Shown here: positions 1 through 9,846 of the stretch, one piece after another
How positions within the stretch are numbered: position 1 is the first letter of the stretch
How the letters are laid out: every line of letters starts with the position of its first letter
Source: Spirochaetia bacterium
GTDB taxonomy: Bacteria; Spirochaetota; Spirochaetia; DSM-2461
Assembly (NCBI GenBank): GCA_963666985.2
Contig: CAXXIA010000002.1
Coordinates: 96,001 to 160,000 of the forward strand
Reading direction: 5' to 3'
Length of the DNA stretch: 64,000 bases
Program-made: the position numbers and the translations under genes
The notes under the pieces: generated by a model
Seen by the model: only the letters and a program-made list of their open reading frames with translations
The model's database searches: none
What the model was told of the DNA's origin: nothing

Positions 1-258
1 GAAGTATCGGTTTCGGGAAGCAGGGCCGCCGCGGCCTTCCTGTTCATTCTGGGATTGCCGCTGGTATCGGCCGCCGCCGGATGGCATGCGGTAAGGGTGA
101 TTGTTCAAATCATGACCGAGAGGGCCGATGCCGCCGAAGCCGCGGGCGTTCTCGGCGCGGCGGCCGGACTCCTGTTGGGAATAGGAATCCTCCTGGCCGC
201 CGGAAGCCGTAATAAAAGAAAGCGTCTTCCCGTAATCACCGCGGTGGTGAAGCCATGA
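1..258 (+). CDS. C-terminal part of a membrane protein, probably RseC/MucC (SoxR reducing system) family; truncated by window start
   Basis: Frame is open from base 1: EVSVSGSRAAAAFLFILGLPLV, then two hydrophobic helices, a basic patch and PVITAV at the end, a layout like RseC C-termini. The stop overlaps the next ATG (ATGA). Confidence 0.5.
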   Translation, partial: EVSVSGSRAAAAFLFILGLPLVSAAAGWHAVRVIVQIMTERADAAEAAGVLGAAAGLLLGIGILLAAGSRNKRKRLPVITAVVKP

Positions 259-1109
259 ATACGGCCGCGTCCACTTCCGGAGCAAAAGAAATCTTTCCTT
301 TCGGCCGTCATCATTCGGCCGGACTCATCCGATGCGGCTTTCCAAAATCTCTTTTTTTCACGGTGATTGCCGCGGCGGCAATCACGGTTCTCTTACCTGC
401 ATCGCTTAAGGCCGAATCACCGGCCGCTATTTTGGAGAAAGCGGCCGACCAGCTCGGTACGCCTTACCGATACGGCGGAAAATCTCCCGAAGGATTCGAC
501 TGTTCCGGCTTTGTTTTCTATCTGTACAATCCCACCCTGCCCTCGATTCCGCGAATGTCGCGCGATATGGCCCGCACGGGTTCTCCCGTATCTTCGGGGA
601 GCTGGAATCCGGGCGATCTGCTTTTCTACGCCACCGGTTCCGATCCCGAACGCATCAACCATGTGGCGATCTGGTACGGCGAAGGATACATTATCCACAG
701 CATTTCCAACGGTCCGGAAACCGGAGTCGTCATGACTCCCGCGAACTCCCGTTACTGGAAAAATCATTACATAGGCTCACGCCGAGTTCTGCCGTTCACG
801 GAGGAACGAACCGCACCGGAGGAAGAAGGCGAAATCGGCAATGCGAATAATGAAACCGGCTCCGGTTCGGTCTTTTCGGGACAAACCCAAGCCGACGAAC
901 AAAACGCGAACGATACCGGTAAAGGTTCGGGCGCATCGGAACCGCTCCCCTCTCCGCCGCCGGTAAAAGAAATCATCGGCGATAAAAAACCGGAGGACTC
1001 GCCCTGGAACGACTTCAACGGATTTCTGCGCGGGGACTGGGAAGAATGGAAACAATCCGACCGGGAGGCCTTCGAGGAATTTCTTCGCCGCGACGCCGCC
1101 GGGATCTGA
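255..1109 (+). CDS. NlpC/P60 (C40) cell-wall peptidase with signal peptide and acidic low-complexity C-terminal tail
   Basis: LGTPYRYGG, GFDCSGFV (catalytic Cys), PGDLLFY, HVAIWYG, IIHS. Confidence 0.93.
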   Translation: MNTAASTSGAKEIFPFGRHHSAGLIRCGFPKSLFFTVIAAAAITVLLPASLKAESPAAILEKAADQLGTPYRYGGKSPEGFDCSGFVFYLYNPTLPSIPRMSRDMARTGSPVSSGSWNPGDLLFYATGSDPERINHVAIWYGEGYIIHSISNGPETGVVMTPANSRYWKNHYIGSRRVLPFTEERTAPEEEGEIGNANNETGSGSVFSGQTQADEQNANDTGKGSGASEPLPSPPPVKEIIGDKKPEDSPWNDFNGFLRGDWEEWKQSDREAFEEFLRRDAAGI

Positions 1110-1190
1110 TCTCCGACTTATAACGGAACCGATAAAAGAGATCCGATTTTCAGCGGCGAACTCGAAAGGAAACCGGCAAAATCGATTGTC

Positions 1191-1475
1191 GGGCGCCGAA
1201 ACTTCCGCCCGGTGCCGAAAAGCACTCGGGGCGGGAGAATCCGTTCTCAGTCAACACGGCGGAACGGCGAAGTCTCCGCCCGATAAGCGCGCTGGCGTCG
1301 GATTCCGTTCTCAAAACCATATCGGCGGGGCGCCGAAACTTCCGCCCGGTGCCGAAAAGCACTCGGGGCGGGAGAATCCGTTCTCAGTCAACACGGCGGA
1401 ACGGTGAAGTCTCCGCCCGATAAGCGCGCTTGGCGTCGGATTCCGTTCTTAAAACCATATCGGCGGGACGCCGAA
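1191..1475. repeat. Intergenic tandem repeat: 2 copies of 137/138 bp plus a 10-bp start of a third; hairpin-rich
   Basis: Units 1191-1327 and 1328-1465 differ by two C>T substitutions and a 1-nt insertion. The repeat lies between convergent stop codons. Confidence 0.95.
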
Positions 1476-1494
1476 GCGCCCGTATAATCCCGTG

Positions 1495-2547
1495 TCAGAC
1501 CTTCTTCAGATACTTTCGTGCATCCAGCGATACTGCTGCAATGATAATCACACCCTTAATGATGTATTGGTAATACTGATCCAGTCCGACGAACGTCATG
1601 CCGTACGAAATGATGGTGAACATCAGCACTCCGGCGATGGCCCCGGAGACCTTCCCGATACCGCCGCTGAAGGAAATCCCGCCCACCACACAGGCCGCGA
1701 TGGCGTCCAGCTCGTATCCGAATCCCGTGCTGGGGTTGGCCGAACCGATACGCGCGGCCTCAAGATAGCCGCCGATTCCGTAAAGCACGCCGGCCATCAC
1801 GTAAACCAGAATGGTGGTGCTCATAACGTTCACGCCGGAAACTTTGGCCGCCTCGGGGTTTCCGCCCACGGCATACATGTTCTTCCCGAAAGTTGTTTTA
1901 TTCCAAATGAACCAGATAATAATCGAAACGGCGGCGGCTATAAGAACCAAATAGGGCAATCCCACGCGGGTACCGCCTACGGAGAACTCGATAAGACGCC
2001 CCGTGGCAATCTTCGTATAGGAGCGAAGATGGCCGCCTATGGGCTGCGCGCCGCCTTCCCCGAAGTCGAAATAAATCTGAATAACGCCGTAAAGAATGGT
2101 CATCATGCCCATGGTCGACAAAAAAGGATGGATCTGGAACTGAGCCGTTACCCAGCCGCTGATGGCGCTGAAGAGCACGCATGCGGCCATGGCGGCGAGC
2201 ATGGGTACCAGCAAGGGCATGTTCTCAATCCCCGGATAGAATCGGCCGGCATAATCGGCCCTCTGAAGCATGGAAGCCGAAACCACCGCGGCCAGTCCCA
2301 CCATGCGTCCCAGAGAGAGATCGGTTCCCTGTAAAATAATGATGCCCGCCACTCCCAAGGCCAGAATAAGCCTTACAGAGGATTGGGTAAGGACATTCTC
2401 AAGGACCCGCAAAGAAAGAAAGCGCGGATCAACGATAATAATGGCCGCGATCAGCACCAGGATAACCAGATAGATGGCGTTCCTAATAAGGAAGTCCGCC
2501 CAATCCTGCCGAGTCATCGTTTTCATGTTTTTAATGGAGTATTTCAT
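1495..2547 (-). CDS. mglC: Galactose/methyl-galactoside ABC transporter permease
   Basis: QSSVRLILALGVAGIIILQGTDLSLGR, FGKNMYAVGGNPEAAKVSGVNV, YELDAIAACVVGG. Confidence 0.92.
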   Translation of the reverse strand: MKYSIKNMKTMTRQDWADFLIRNAIYLVILVLIAAIIIVDPRFLSLRVLENVLTQSSVRLILALGVAGIIILQGTDLSLGRMVGLAAVVSASMLQRADYAGRFYPGIENMPLLVPMLAAMAACVLFSAISGWVTAQFQIHPFLSTMGMMTILYGVIQIYFDFGEGGAQPIGGHLRSYTKIATGRLIEFSVGGTRVGLPYLVLIAAAVSIIIWFIWNKTTFGKNMYAVGGNPEAAKVSGVNVMSTTILVYVMAGVLYGIGGYLEAARIGSANPSTGFGYELDAIAACVVGGISFSGGIGKVSGAIAGVLMFTIISYGMTFVGLDQYYQYIIKGVIIIAAVSLDARKYLKKV

Positions 2548-4067
2548 TAGACTTCCGCCTCTTTCGTATTGCTTAAGTACTTCATTGCGAGAGTAAAAAT
2601 CTCGGTCTGATCCGTTTTGTCCGTATCCACGATACCGGCCATGCGGCCGTTGGACATCACCATGATTCGATTGGTAACACCGATAAGCTCCGGCATTTCA
2701 GAAGACACCATTACGACTGATTTACCTGCCTCGGCCAACTTGATAATGAGCTGATAGATTTCATATTTCGCCCCCACGTCGATCCCGCGCGTGGGTTCGT
2801 CCAGAAGCAGAATGTCCGGATTGGTAATCAGCCAGCGTCCGATGATGACTTTCTGCTGATTGCCGCCGCTTAAGTTTCGAATCTGCTCCCGGCGGTTCGG
2901 CGTTTTAATACGCATGTTCCCAATCTGCTCATCGGTATCTGTTATCATCGCTTTGTCGTTCAGATATCCCAAGCGCGTTCTGTAAGCTTTAATGTTGGCG
3001 ATAGTGCTGTTGAAGGTGATGTCGCCCACCGGATAGATGCCGGTGCTTCGGCGTTCCTCGGTCAGAAGCGCGAAATGGTTGTTGATTGATTTCCGCGTTC
3101 GGCTGTTGTCGATTTTTTTACCGTCGACAAAAATTTCACCGCTCTCCAGAGTCCGGGCTCCGAATAGCGATTCAACCAATTCGGTTCGTCCGGCGCCCAC
3201 CAATCCCGCGATACCGAGAATCTCACCCCGCCTGATATCGAAATTCACGTTCGATACAATGGGCGGATATTTCGTGGTAACGTTCCGTACTTCCATGTGA
3301 ACTTTGCCGGGGAGGTTCGTCTTGGGCGGAAAACGATGATCCAAATCCCTGCCCACCATCATATTCACGATTTTGTCCATCGTGACATCCGCGATGGACT
3401 CGGTACCGATATACCTCCCGTCACGAAGCACGGTTACCTCATCGGCGATTTCAAAAATCTCGTCCATCTTGTGGGAGATATAGATAACACCGACACCCTG
3501 ATTTCGAAGAACGCGGATAATATCGAAAAGCATGTTCACTTCGTTCTCGGTCAGCGAAGAAGTGGGTTCATCGAGAACAATGATTTTTGCATCGTAAGAA
3601 ACGGCCTTGGCGATTTCAACCATTTGCCGCTGAGATACCGAGAGGCTTTCCAGAATAAAATCGGGATCCAAATGGATACCGAGTTTATCGAAAAGCGATT
3701 GGGAATCCCGATGCATCTTTTTCTCATCGATGAAGAGACCTTTTTTCGGGTATCTGCCGAGCCAGATATTATCGGAGATGCTCCGCTGGGTTACCTGGTT
3801 CAGCTCCTGGTGAACCATGGACACCCCGTTTTCCAGTGCATGCTTGGGATCGGTGAAGTTGAATTCCTTACCGTCCAGAAAGAACCTTCCCGTATCCTGG
3901 AAATAAATTCCAAACAGACATTTCATCAGTGTCGATTTGCCGGCGCCGTTTTCTCCCATCAGGGCGTGGACGGATCCCTGACGGACGTTCAGCCGTACGT
4001 TATCCAGCACTTTATTACCGGAAAACGACTTGCTGAGGTTTTCAATACTTAGCAGGTATTCCGCCAA
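2547..4067 (-). CDS. mglA: Sugar ABC transporter ATP-binding protein (two ATPase domains)
   Basis: [48 protein letters not shown]. Confidence 0.93.
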   Translation of the reverse strand: MAEYLLSIENLSKSFSGNKVLDNVRLNVRQGSVHALMGENGAGKSTLMKCLFGIYFQDTGRFFLDGKEFNFTDPKHALENGVSMVHQELNQVTQRSISDNIWLGRYPKKGLFIDEKKMHRDSQSLFDKLGIHLDPDFILESLSVSQRQMVEIAKAVSYDAKIIVLDEPTSSLTENEVNMLFDIIRVLRNQGVGVIYISHKMDEIFEIADEVTVLRDGRYIGTESIADVTMDKIVNMMVGRDLDHRFPPKTNLPGKVHMEVRNVTTKYPPIVSNVNFDIRRGEILGIAGLVGAGRTELVESLFGARTLESGEIFVDGKKIDNSRTRKSINNHFALLTEERRSTGIYPVGDITFNSTIANIKAYRTRLGYLNDKAMITDTDEQIGNMRIKTPNRREQIRNLSGGNQQKVIIGRWLITNPDILLLDEPTRGIDVGAKYEIYQLIIKLAEAGKSVVMVSSEMPELIGVTNRIMVMSNGRMAGIVDTDKTDQTEIFTLAMKYLSNTKEAEV

Positions 4068-4140
4068 TTCTGAAGCCTCCGTTCATTAAGATGATGGCAT
4101 CAATTCTAAAAGCGCTCGGCCGAGTATGCCACATAAAGAA

Positions 4141-4174
4141 TCGCGGGAAGAATCCGAGCGAATTCCCCCCGCGA
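4141..4174 (-). terminator. Intercistronic hairpin between mglB and mglA (mRNA-stabilising or partial terminator)
   Basis: tcgcggg...cccgcga inverted repeat about 30 nt after the mglB stop. Confidence 0.5.
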
Positions 4175-4203
4175 CGATCAATTACTGTTCAAAAACGGAT
4201 AAA

Positions 4204-5226
4204 TCAGCGGAAGTCCTGATAATTTTCGGGAGTTACGGCCACATAAGCAACCCGAACGGCCTTGGTTTTCGGTCCGTCCAGCTTCCAGCTTGTTCCGGCC
4301 GTTACATCCTTGCCTTGGGCGGCGTTCACGGCCAAATCGATGGTGGCGCGCGCCTGATTGACGCCGTCGTTCAGAACGGTACCGTTCATCTCGCCGTCGG
4401 CGATATGAGTCAGAGCCTGATCCAAAGCATCAACACCATAAAGAGGAAGTTCCACTCCCGCGGCCTTAAGAGCATTGATGGCGCCGAAAGCCATGCCGTC
4501 GTTGTTGCAGATAACAAGTTCGATATCCTTTCCGAAGGACGAAGTGAGCCATGCCTGCATCTTGTCGTTGCCGTGCTGGGTGGACCAGTTGGGATCGGCT
4601 TCCAGGGCCAGCTGCTTTACCTTGATTCCGGCATCCACGAAGGACTGCACGGAGTACTTGGTTCGCGCTTCGGCATCGGGGTGTCCGGGCTCGCCCTTGA
4701 GCATAACGTATTGAACAACACCGTCGCCGTTCTTGTCCCATTCCGGATGAGCTTTCCAGTCGGCGACCATCATTTCACCTTGAATGATTCCTGATTCGGC
4801 GGAGTTGGTACCCACGTACCAAACCTTGTCGTAGCTGGTCATGGCGCCCGCTTCGGTGGCTTCCTTATTAAAAAGAATTAACGGGATGCCCGCCGCCGCC
4901 GCCTTGTCGATAATCGTGCCTGCCGAGGCCGGATCAACAAGATTGATGGCCAGAACATCGACGCCTTTGGTAATGAATACGTCGACCTGGTCGTTCAGTT
5001 TGGCCTGCTGACCTTCCGAATCCACGATGGTAATCTGAGCACCTTTCTCGGCGGCATAGCGCTCGAGTTCGGGCTTCATTACGCCGTTCATGAAGTTGTC
5101 GGCGAAGCTGTAGATGTTGGCACCGATAACGACGCTTCCGCCGCCGGCATCCGAACCGCCGCCGGCAAAAGCGGCGAAGGGCAGGATCGTCAAAGCGATT
5201 ACGACAAGAAGAAACGCTTTTTTCAT
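4204..5226 (-). CDS. mglB: Galactose/glucose-binding periplasmic protein
   Basis: Signal peptide, DNFM, LAINLVDP, Ca loop WDKNGDG, LKGEPGHPDAEART, NNDGMA; AAGGAG RBS. Confidence 0.92.
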   Translation of the reverse strand: MKKAFLLVVIALTILPFAAFAGGGSDAGGGSVVIGANIYSFADNFMNGVMKPELERYAAEKGAQITIVDSEGQQAKLNDQVDVFITKGVDVLAINLVDPASAGTIIDKAAAAGIPLILFNKEATEAGAMTSYDKVWYVGTNSAESGIIQGEMMVADWKAHPEWDKNGDGVVQYVMLKGEPGHPDAEARTKYSVQSFVDAGIKVKQLALEADPNWSTQHGNDKMQAWLTSSFGKDIELVICNNDGMAFGAINALKAAGVELPLYGVDALDQALTHIADGEMNGTVLNDGVNQARATIDLAVNAAQGKDVTAGTSWKLDGPKTKAVRVAYVAVTPENYQDFR

Positions 5227-5381
5227 AAGAGAACTCCTTTTAAGGTTTTACGGTGTCCGGCACCGTATGAGAATCAGGTTAAAGGAGTCCTGAAAAATTA
5301 AAATGGATTCATTTCCGCCGTTTTTGCAATTTCTTCTAAAAATGCGCTAAAACAATTCTTTCCGGGTTCGAATCGGGAAGA

Positions 5382-6440
5382 TTATTCTAAAGTGAACGTT
5401 TTGTAATCAATCCAGATGTACTTCCCATCCGTAACCGTATATGGAAAATCATCCCCGATGCCGCCGTCTAAAATCGCGAGAGAAAGTTCCGCAATGGCTT
5501 GGGCCATACTTGCCGAATCGTTCAGGACCGTACCGTAGAGATAGCCGTCTTTAATATGACCGACAGCGTCGGGAACACCGTCGATGCCCAGAACGGGAAT
5601 CCATTTCGCGTCGTCTTTATCGATGACTCGGTTGCCGTTTGTGTCTTTGAAGATGCCGCGCTGTCTCATAATGGATATCGCGCCGAGAGCCATCGCATCG
5701 TTGTTCGAGAGAACAAGTTCTATCCCTTCTCCGAAGCGGTCCAGAAGATCGTCCATCCGCTCGTATCCTTCGTCCCGATTCCAATTGGCGACTTCCGTGG
5801 AAAGAACATCCAAATTGTATCCTTCGTCGGCGAATGCCTTTATCACGGTGGCCGTCCGGATTTCCGCGTCCTGATGCCCCTGTTCCCCTTTGAGAATCAC
5901 CGCTTGAATGGCCCCGTCGCCGTTGCGGTCATACTCATTCAGATCATGGGGATTTTCTCCGAACAGCTCCATGGCGAGTTCGGCCTGCATTCGGCCCGAC
6001 TGCTCGGCCCTGGCACCGACATACCAAGCCTTATCCCAAATCCTCAAATCGTCCTCAAGAGGTTCTCTGTTGAAAAAAATCACGGGGATATCCAGCGCTT
6101 TCAGCTTATTCACCACGGCGTGAGCGCCAAGGCGATCCACGGGATTCACGATTAAAAGCGGCGCCCCGGACTTCAAAGAAGCCTCAATCTGCTCGTTTTG
6201 AATAATCTGCGAATCCAAAGAATAATAGGTAACAAGAGGAAAACGGCCTTCGGCCTCCTTTTGGATGTCCGCCGTCAAACTTCTCATGAAAAGATCCTCT
6301 TCCTTATAAATAAAAAGTCCGGCGGGAAGGGGAGTTTTCCGACAGGCCGTGAAGGAAAAAGCGGCCAGAAGAACAAAAAGGAAAGGGGCGGCGCGCCGCA
6401 TTTTCCCGTTAGCTTCGTTCAATTCGTTCAAGTGTTTCAT
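5382..6440 (-). CDS. Second MglB-like sugar-binding lipoprotein, probable sensor partner of the histidine kinase
   Basis: Lipobox FTAC, VNPVDR, FFNREP, DRNGDG, LKGEQGHQDAEIRT; overlaps the kinase stop. Confidence 0.85.
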   Translation of the reverse strand: MKHLNELNEANGKMRRAAPFLFVLLAAFSFTACRKTPLPAGLFIYKEEDLFMRSLTADIQKEAEGRFPLVTYYSLDSQIIQNEQIEASLKSGAPLLIVNPVDRLGAHAVVNKLKALDIPVIFFNREPLEDDLRIWDKAWYVGARAEQSGRMQAELAMELFGENPHDLNEYDRNGDGAIQAVILKGEQGHQDAEIRTATVIKAFADEGYNLDVLSTEVANWNRDEGYERMDDLLDRFGEGIELVLSNNDAMALGAISIMRQRGIFKDTNGNRVIDKDDAKWIPVLGIDGVPDAVGHIKDGYLYGTVLNDSASMAQAIAELSLAILDGGIGDDFPYTVTDGKYIWIDYKTFTLE

Positions 6441-8173
6441 GATGCGGAATCTTTCGCCAAAGGGATTATTACCGTCACGATGGTATCCTCATCGGAGTGA
6501 CCGGAAAACCGAAGTCCGGCGTTCTCCCCGTAATAAAGTTTCAGCCTCTGCTGAACATTCCGTAAGCCGACGCCGATGCCGGGACCGGCTTCCCCCATTC
6601 CTTCAAGATAATTCTGGATTTCTTCGATTCGCTTTTCGGTCAGTCCGTAGCCGTTGTTTCTCACATCGAAAAACATCCATCCGGGTTCCAGACGGCCGCG
6701 AATCTCGATAACGCCCCCGTCCTCATCCAATCCGTGATGGATGGCGTTTTCCACGAGGGGCTGAAGAATAAGCTTCATAACGTTCATGCTCATCAGTCTC
6801 TCGTCTATATCGAAAGAATACGTGAATTTATCGACATATCGTATGGACTGTATGGTCAGATAGTTTTTCACATGATCAATCTCATCACTGACGGGAATGA
6901 ACGTTGCGCCTTTTGAAATACTGATGCGGAAGAATCGGGCAAGCGCGATTACGGTTGTAACGACATCCTCGGACCTCTCATGCTCGGCGAGCCAGACGAT
7001 GGAATCCAGCGAATTGTAGAGAAAATGCGGATTAATCTGATTCTGAAGAGCCCGAAGCTCGGTTTTTCGCTTCTCCCTCTGCTCATTGACGACGCGATCC
7101 ATCAAAACACGGATTTTCTCAATCATGCTGTTGAAGGAATGCCCGAGCATCACGATTTCCTTCTGCCCCTTCACCGAAACTTCCGTATCAATCGCACCCT
7201 GCTCGATTTTGAGCATTATTCTTTGTAATTGCTTCACGGGAAGGGAAATACGGAGCGAAAGAATTATGGAAACAAGAGTAGTCGTTACCATGGTAATGGC
7301 GAAAATCAGAAGAAAGACGGGCAGCATGCTCCGACGAACCGCGTTGATTTCGTCAATGTTGATTAACGTTGCGATGCGCCACCGCGTATGCGCCAAAGTA
7401 TTAATGTTCAAAAAAAGATTCCGGCCTTCGATATTCGTCTTCAGGCCGCCCAGAACATGCTCCGCGGCGATATCGAGACTCCGATCCGTAAGTTCATAGG
7501 GATTCTCGGATGTGTAAATAAGAGCATCTCCGCCGTCGAGAATCAGAATGTGTCCGCCCGGGCCGAGGTTGGTCATTTCGGCCAAATCACGGATTACCTG
7601 GAAGTTCAGCTCAATCAGAAGAACACCGATTTCGGAAATGCCCCCGCGAATATAATTCACCTGCTTCGCCACGGAGATAACCTCATCCTTGCGGTCAATG
7701 GCCAACGATGATTTTCCCGAAGATAAAAAATGAAATATGGAAGGATCGGAAAGAGCGCCGGTGAACCACGGCTCCGACAAGATGTAATTCCTGGATAACG
7801 GACCGATTCTGTCGCCCAGAAGCTTTAGGCCCTCTTCATTGAAAAGAAAAATGGCCACCACATCCTTTTTCAGCTGGGAATTCAGCGTATAAAGATTTTG
7901 GAGCTGTTCATAATCCGTCTTCAGATCCAAGGGGAGAGAGAAACGCTGGATATAATTCGCGGTTTCGATGATGCTCTCGATATAACTCTCGTAATTCAAA
8001 ACAATCTGCTTGTTGATTTCCCGCGATTGGTTCTCCACCAGAACATTTGTCCGTGCCGAAAAGGCCATAAAGTAAACGAAACTCGAAACAAGAAGCACGA
8101 GGGAAACGATGCTCATCGTGGAAAGGAGAATACTCTGCCCGATGGAAAGACTAATCCGGTTTCTGATTTTCAC
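6437..8173 (-). CDS. YesM/LytS-type sensor histidine kinase (Cache, HAMP)
   Basis: Two TM helices, ELRALQNQINPHFLYNSLDSI, LQPLVENAIHHG, GVGLRNVQQRLKLYYG. Confidence 0.95.
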   Translation of the reverse strand: MKIRNRISLSIGQSILLSTMSIVSLVLLVSSFVYFMAFSARTNVLVENQSREINKQIVLNYESYIESIIETANYIQRFSLPLDLKTDYEQLQNLYTLNSQLKKDVVAIFLFNEEGLKLLGDRIGPLSRNYILSEPWFTGALSDPSIFHFLSSGKSSLAIDRKDEVISVAKQVNYIRGGISEIGVLLIELNFQVIRDLAEMTNLGPGGHILILDGGDALIYTSENPYELTDRSLDIAAEHVLGGLKTNIEGRNLFLNINTLAHTRWRIATLINIDEINAVRRSMLPVFLLIFAITMVTTTLVSIILSLRISLPVKQLQRIMLKIEQGAIDTEVSVKGQKEIVMLGHSFNSMIEKIRVLMDRVVNEQREKRKTELRALQNQINPHFLYNSLDSIVWLAEHERSEDVVTTVIALARFFRISISKGATFIPVSDEIDHVKNYLTIQSIRYVDKFTYSFDIDERLMSMNVMKLILQPLVENAIHHGLDEDGGVIEIRGRLEPGWMFFDVRNNGYGLTEKRIEEIQNYLEGMGEAGPGIGVGLRNVQQRLKLYYGENAGLRFSGHSDEDTIVTVIIPLAKDSAS

Positions 8174-9773
8174 GGTACTTCTTCGGGGGCATCCCTACAT
8201 GTTTTTTGAAGCTGTGACTGAAATAATACACATCCTTGTATCCGCACTTCTCCGCTATCTCGATAATCCGGTCGTCCGAATATTTCAGCAGTTCTTTCGC
8301 TTTATCTATGCGCAGTCCCGTCAGATAAGAAACGAACGTACCTCCCGTGTTTTTCTTAAACAGCAGACTCAAGTACGACACGCTTATTCCGGCGAACTCG
8401 CAAGCGCTTTCCATGCTTAATTCCGTATTCTGATAATTCGCCGCCAAATACGCGATGGCGTTCGCCAGCATTTTGTCCGAATTCGTTCTCTTCGATCGGC
8501 TGTTGTGTTCCCGGAGTTTTAACGCGATCTCTTCAAACCACGCGAAAAGAGGCTCAAGGGCGCTGAAATTGTTCACCGTGTCCAAAACATCACCGCCGTT
8601 CAGTTCCGTAATATCGACTCCGATGGCCGTGGAAAATCCAACGACGATATTCACCAAGCGAAGCATATACAGCCGGAAATCCGAAGGAACCCCTACCGAA
8701 AGGGAGATTTTCTTCTTTTCCGATGCAATCGCGTTCTTCAGTTCCGCATCGCCGCCGAAGCGGACGATATAATCGAGGGACTTCAATTCTTGTTCGCTCA
8801 TCAAAACCGATGAGGTTTCGGTTCCTTCAAGCTGTTCGATATAGACGATCCGGCCGGTGTTGAGAAACCTGCTGTCGTCCAAGGCGCGGCGCGCTTCCAG
8901 GTAAGCGTTCCGCATTTCTCCGAAACCCCGGAAGACCGCGCTCACCCCGATATCGATATCGGCGGCATGGTACATGCGGGATGTCTGCACCGCTTCCATC
9001 AGAGCCTCATCCAGAAGAGAAGAAAATCCTTCGCGGGATTCACGTACGAGAAAAACAATACCGCCGTGATACAGGAAGTGCCGATAGACCAAATGTCTCC
9101 GCTTCAGGATATCCCTGACCGCGGAACGAATTAAGAGCTTCCTGTTTTCCCACCGAAAAACATCCGTGTCACCGCCTTCTTCCACTTGGATAAGAATCAG
9201 TACAGCATTGCCCTCCAAAACGATTCCATGATTCTCAAGCGATCTGACGGAGGCATCCGCACCGGAAGGCGCGTCGGAAAGAATCGACGAGAAATAACTG
9301 TCGATAAGAAAGGGAAGACTTTCCCGATAGCGAAGATCCTGAGCTTCCTGAGCCGATGCCTGCCGAAATTCCTCATCAAGTTCGAGTTTCAGAGAATCGA
9401 GAAAGCGGGAGATATCTCCTTGAGTCAGCGGTTTTGTAAGATAACTCCGAACGCCCAATTCAACAGCTTCGCGGGCGTAATCGAATTCATCGTATCCGGT
9501 AATGAACGCCACGCGAATGGTGGGATATTCTCTTTTTAGAATCGAAGCGAGCTCAATGCCGTCGATAAACGGCATCCGGATGTCCGTGATTACAGCATGC
9601 GGGGCGTGTTTGTCGATAAGTTCAAGGGCGTCATGGCCGTTCCCGGCGGTGCCGACGACGATAAATCCGCTTTCTTCCGAAATCTTCGATGAAATCCGTC
9701 CTCTCACCTCGTCTTCATCGTCAACCAGAATAAGCCTGTAATAATCGTCCTTATCGTCCAAGTTCCCTTCCAT
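8151..9773 (-). CDS. YesN-type response regulator (receiver plus AraC HTH)
   Basis: LVDDE, ITDIRMPFIDG, TGYDEFDYAREA, YLTKP; C-terminal IAEKCGYKDVYYFSHSFKKHVGMPP. Confidence 0.95.
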   Translation of the reverse strand: MEGNLDDKDDYYRLILVDDEDEVRGRISSKISEESGFIVVGTAGNGHDALELIDKHAPHAVITDIRMPFIDGIELASILKREYPTIRVAFITGYDEFDYAREAVELGVRSYLTKPLTQGDISRFLDSLKLELDEEFRQASAQEAQDLRYRESLPFLIDSYFSSILSDAPSGADASVRSLENHGIVLEGNAVLILIQVEEGGDTDVFRWENRKLLIRSAVRDILKRRHLVYRHFLYHGGIVFLVRESREGFSSLLDEALMEAVQTSRMYHAADIDIGVSAVFRGFGEMRNAYLEARRALDDSRFLNTGRIVYIEQLEGTETSSVLMSEQELKSLDYIVRFGGDAELKNAIASEKKKISLSVGVPSDFRLYMLRLVNIVVGFSTAIGVDITELNGGDVLDTVNNFSALEPLFAWFEEIALKLREHNSRSKRTNSDKMLANAIAYLAANYQNTELSMESACEFAGISVSYLSLLFKKNTGGTFVSYLTGLRIDKAKELLKYSDDRIIEIAEKCGYKDVYYFSHSFKKHVGMPPKKYRENQKPD

Positions 9774-9846
9774 GTATTCCGTCAGGATATCAGAGGGGCC
9801 GGACGCGGGAAAGAAAATTTATTCAGGATGAGCCGCTATTCACTCA

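Noticed and set aside
1191..1475. CRISPR array, or small ORFs 1150-1362 and 1186-1407
   Set aside because: There are no unique spacers and no cas genes; the ORFs merely translate the repeat.
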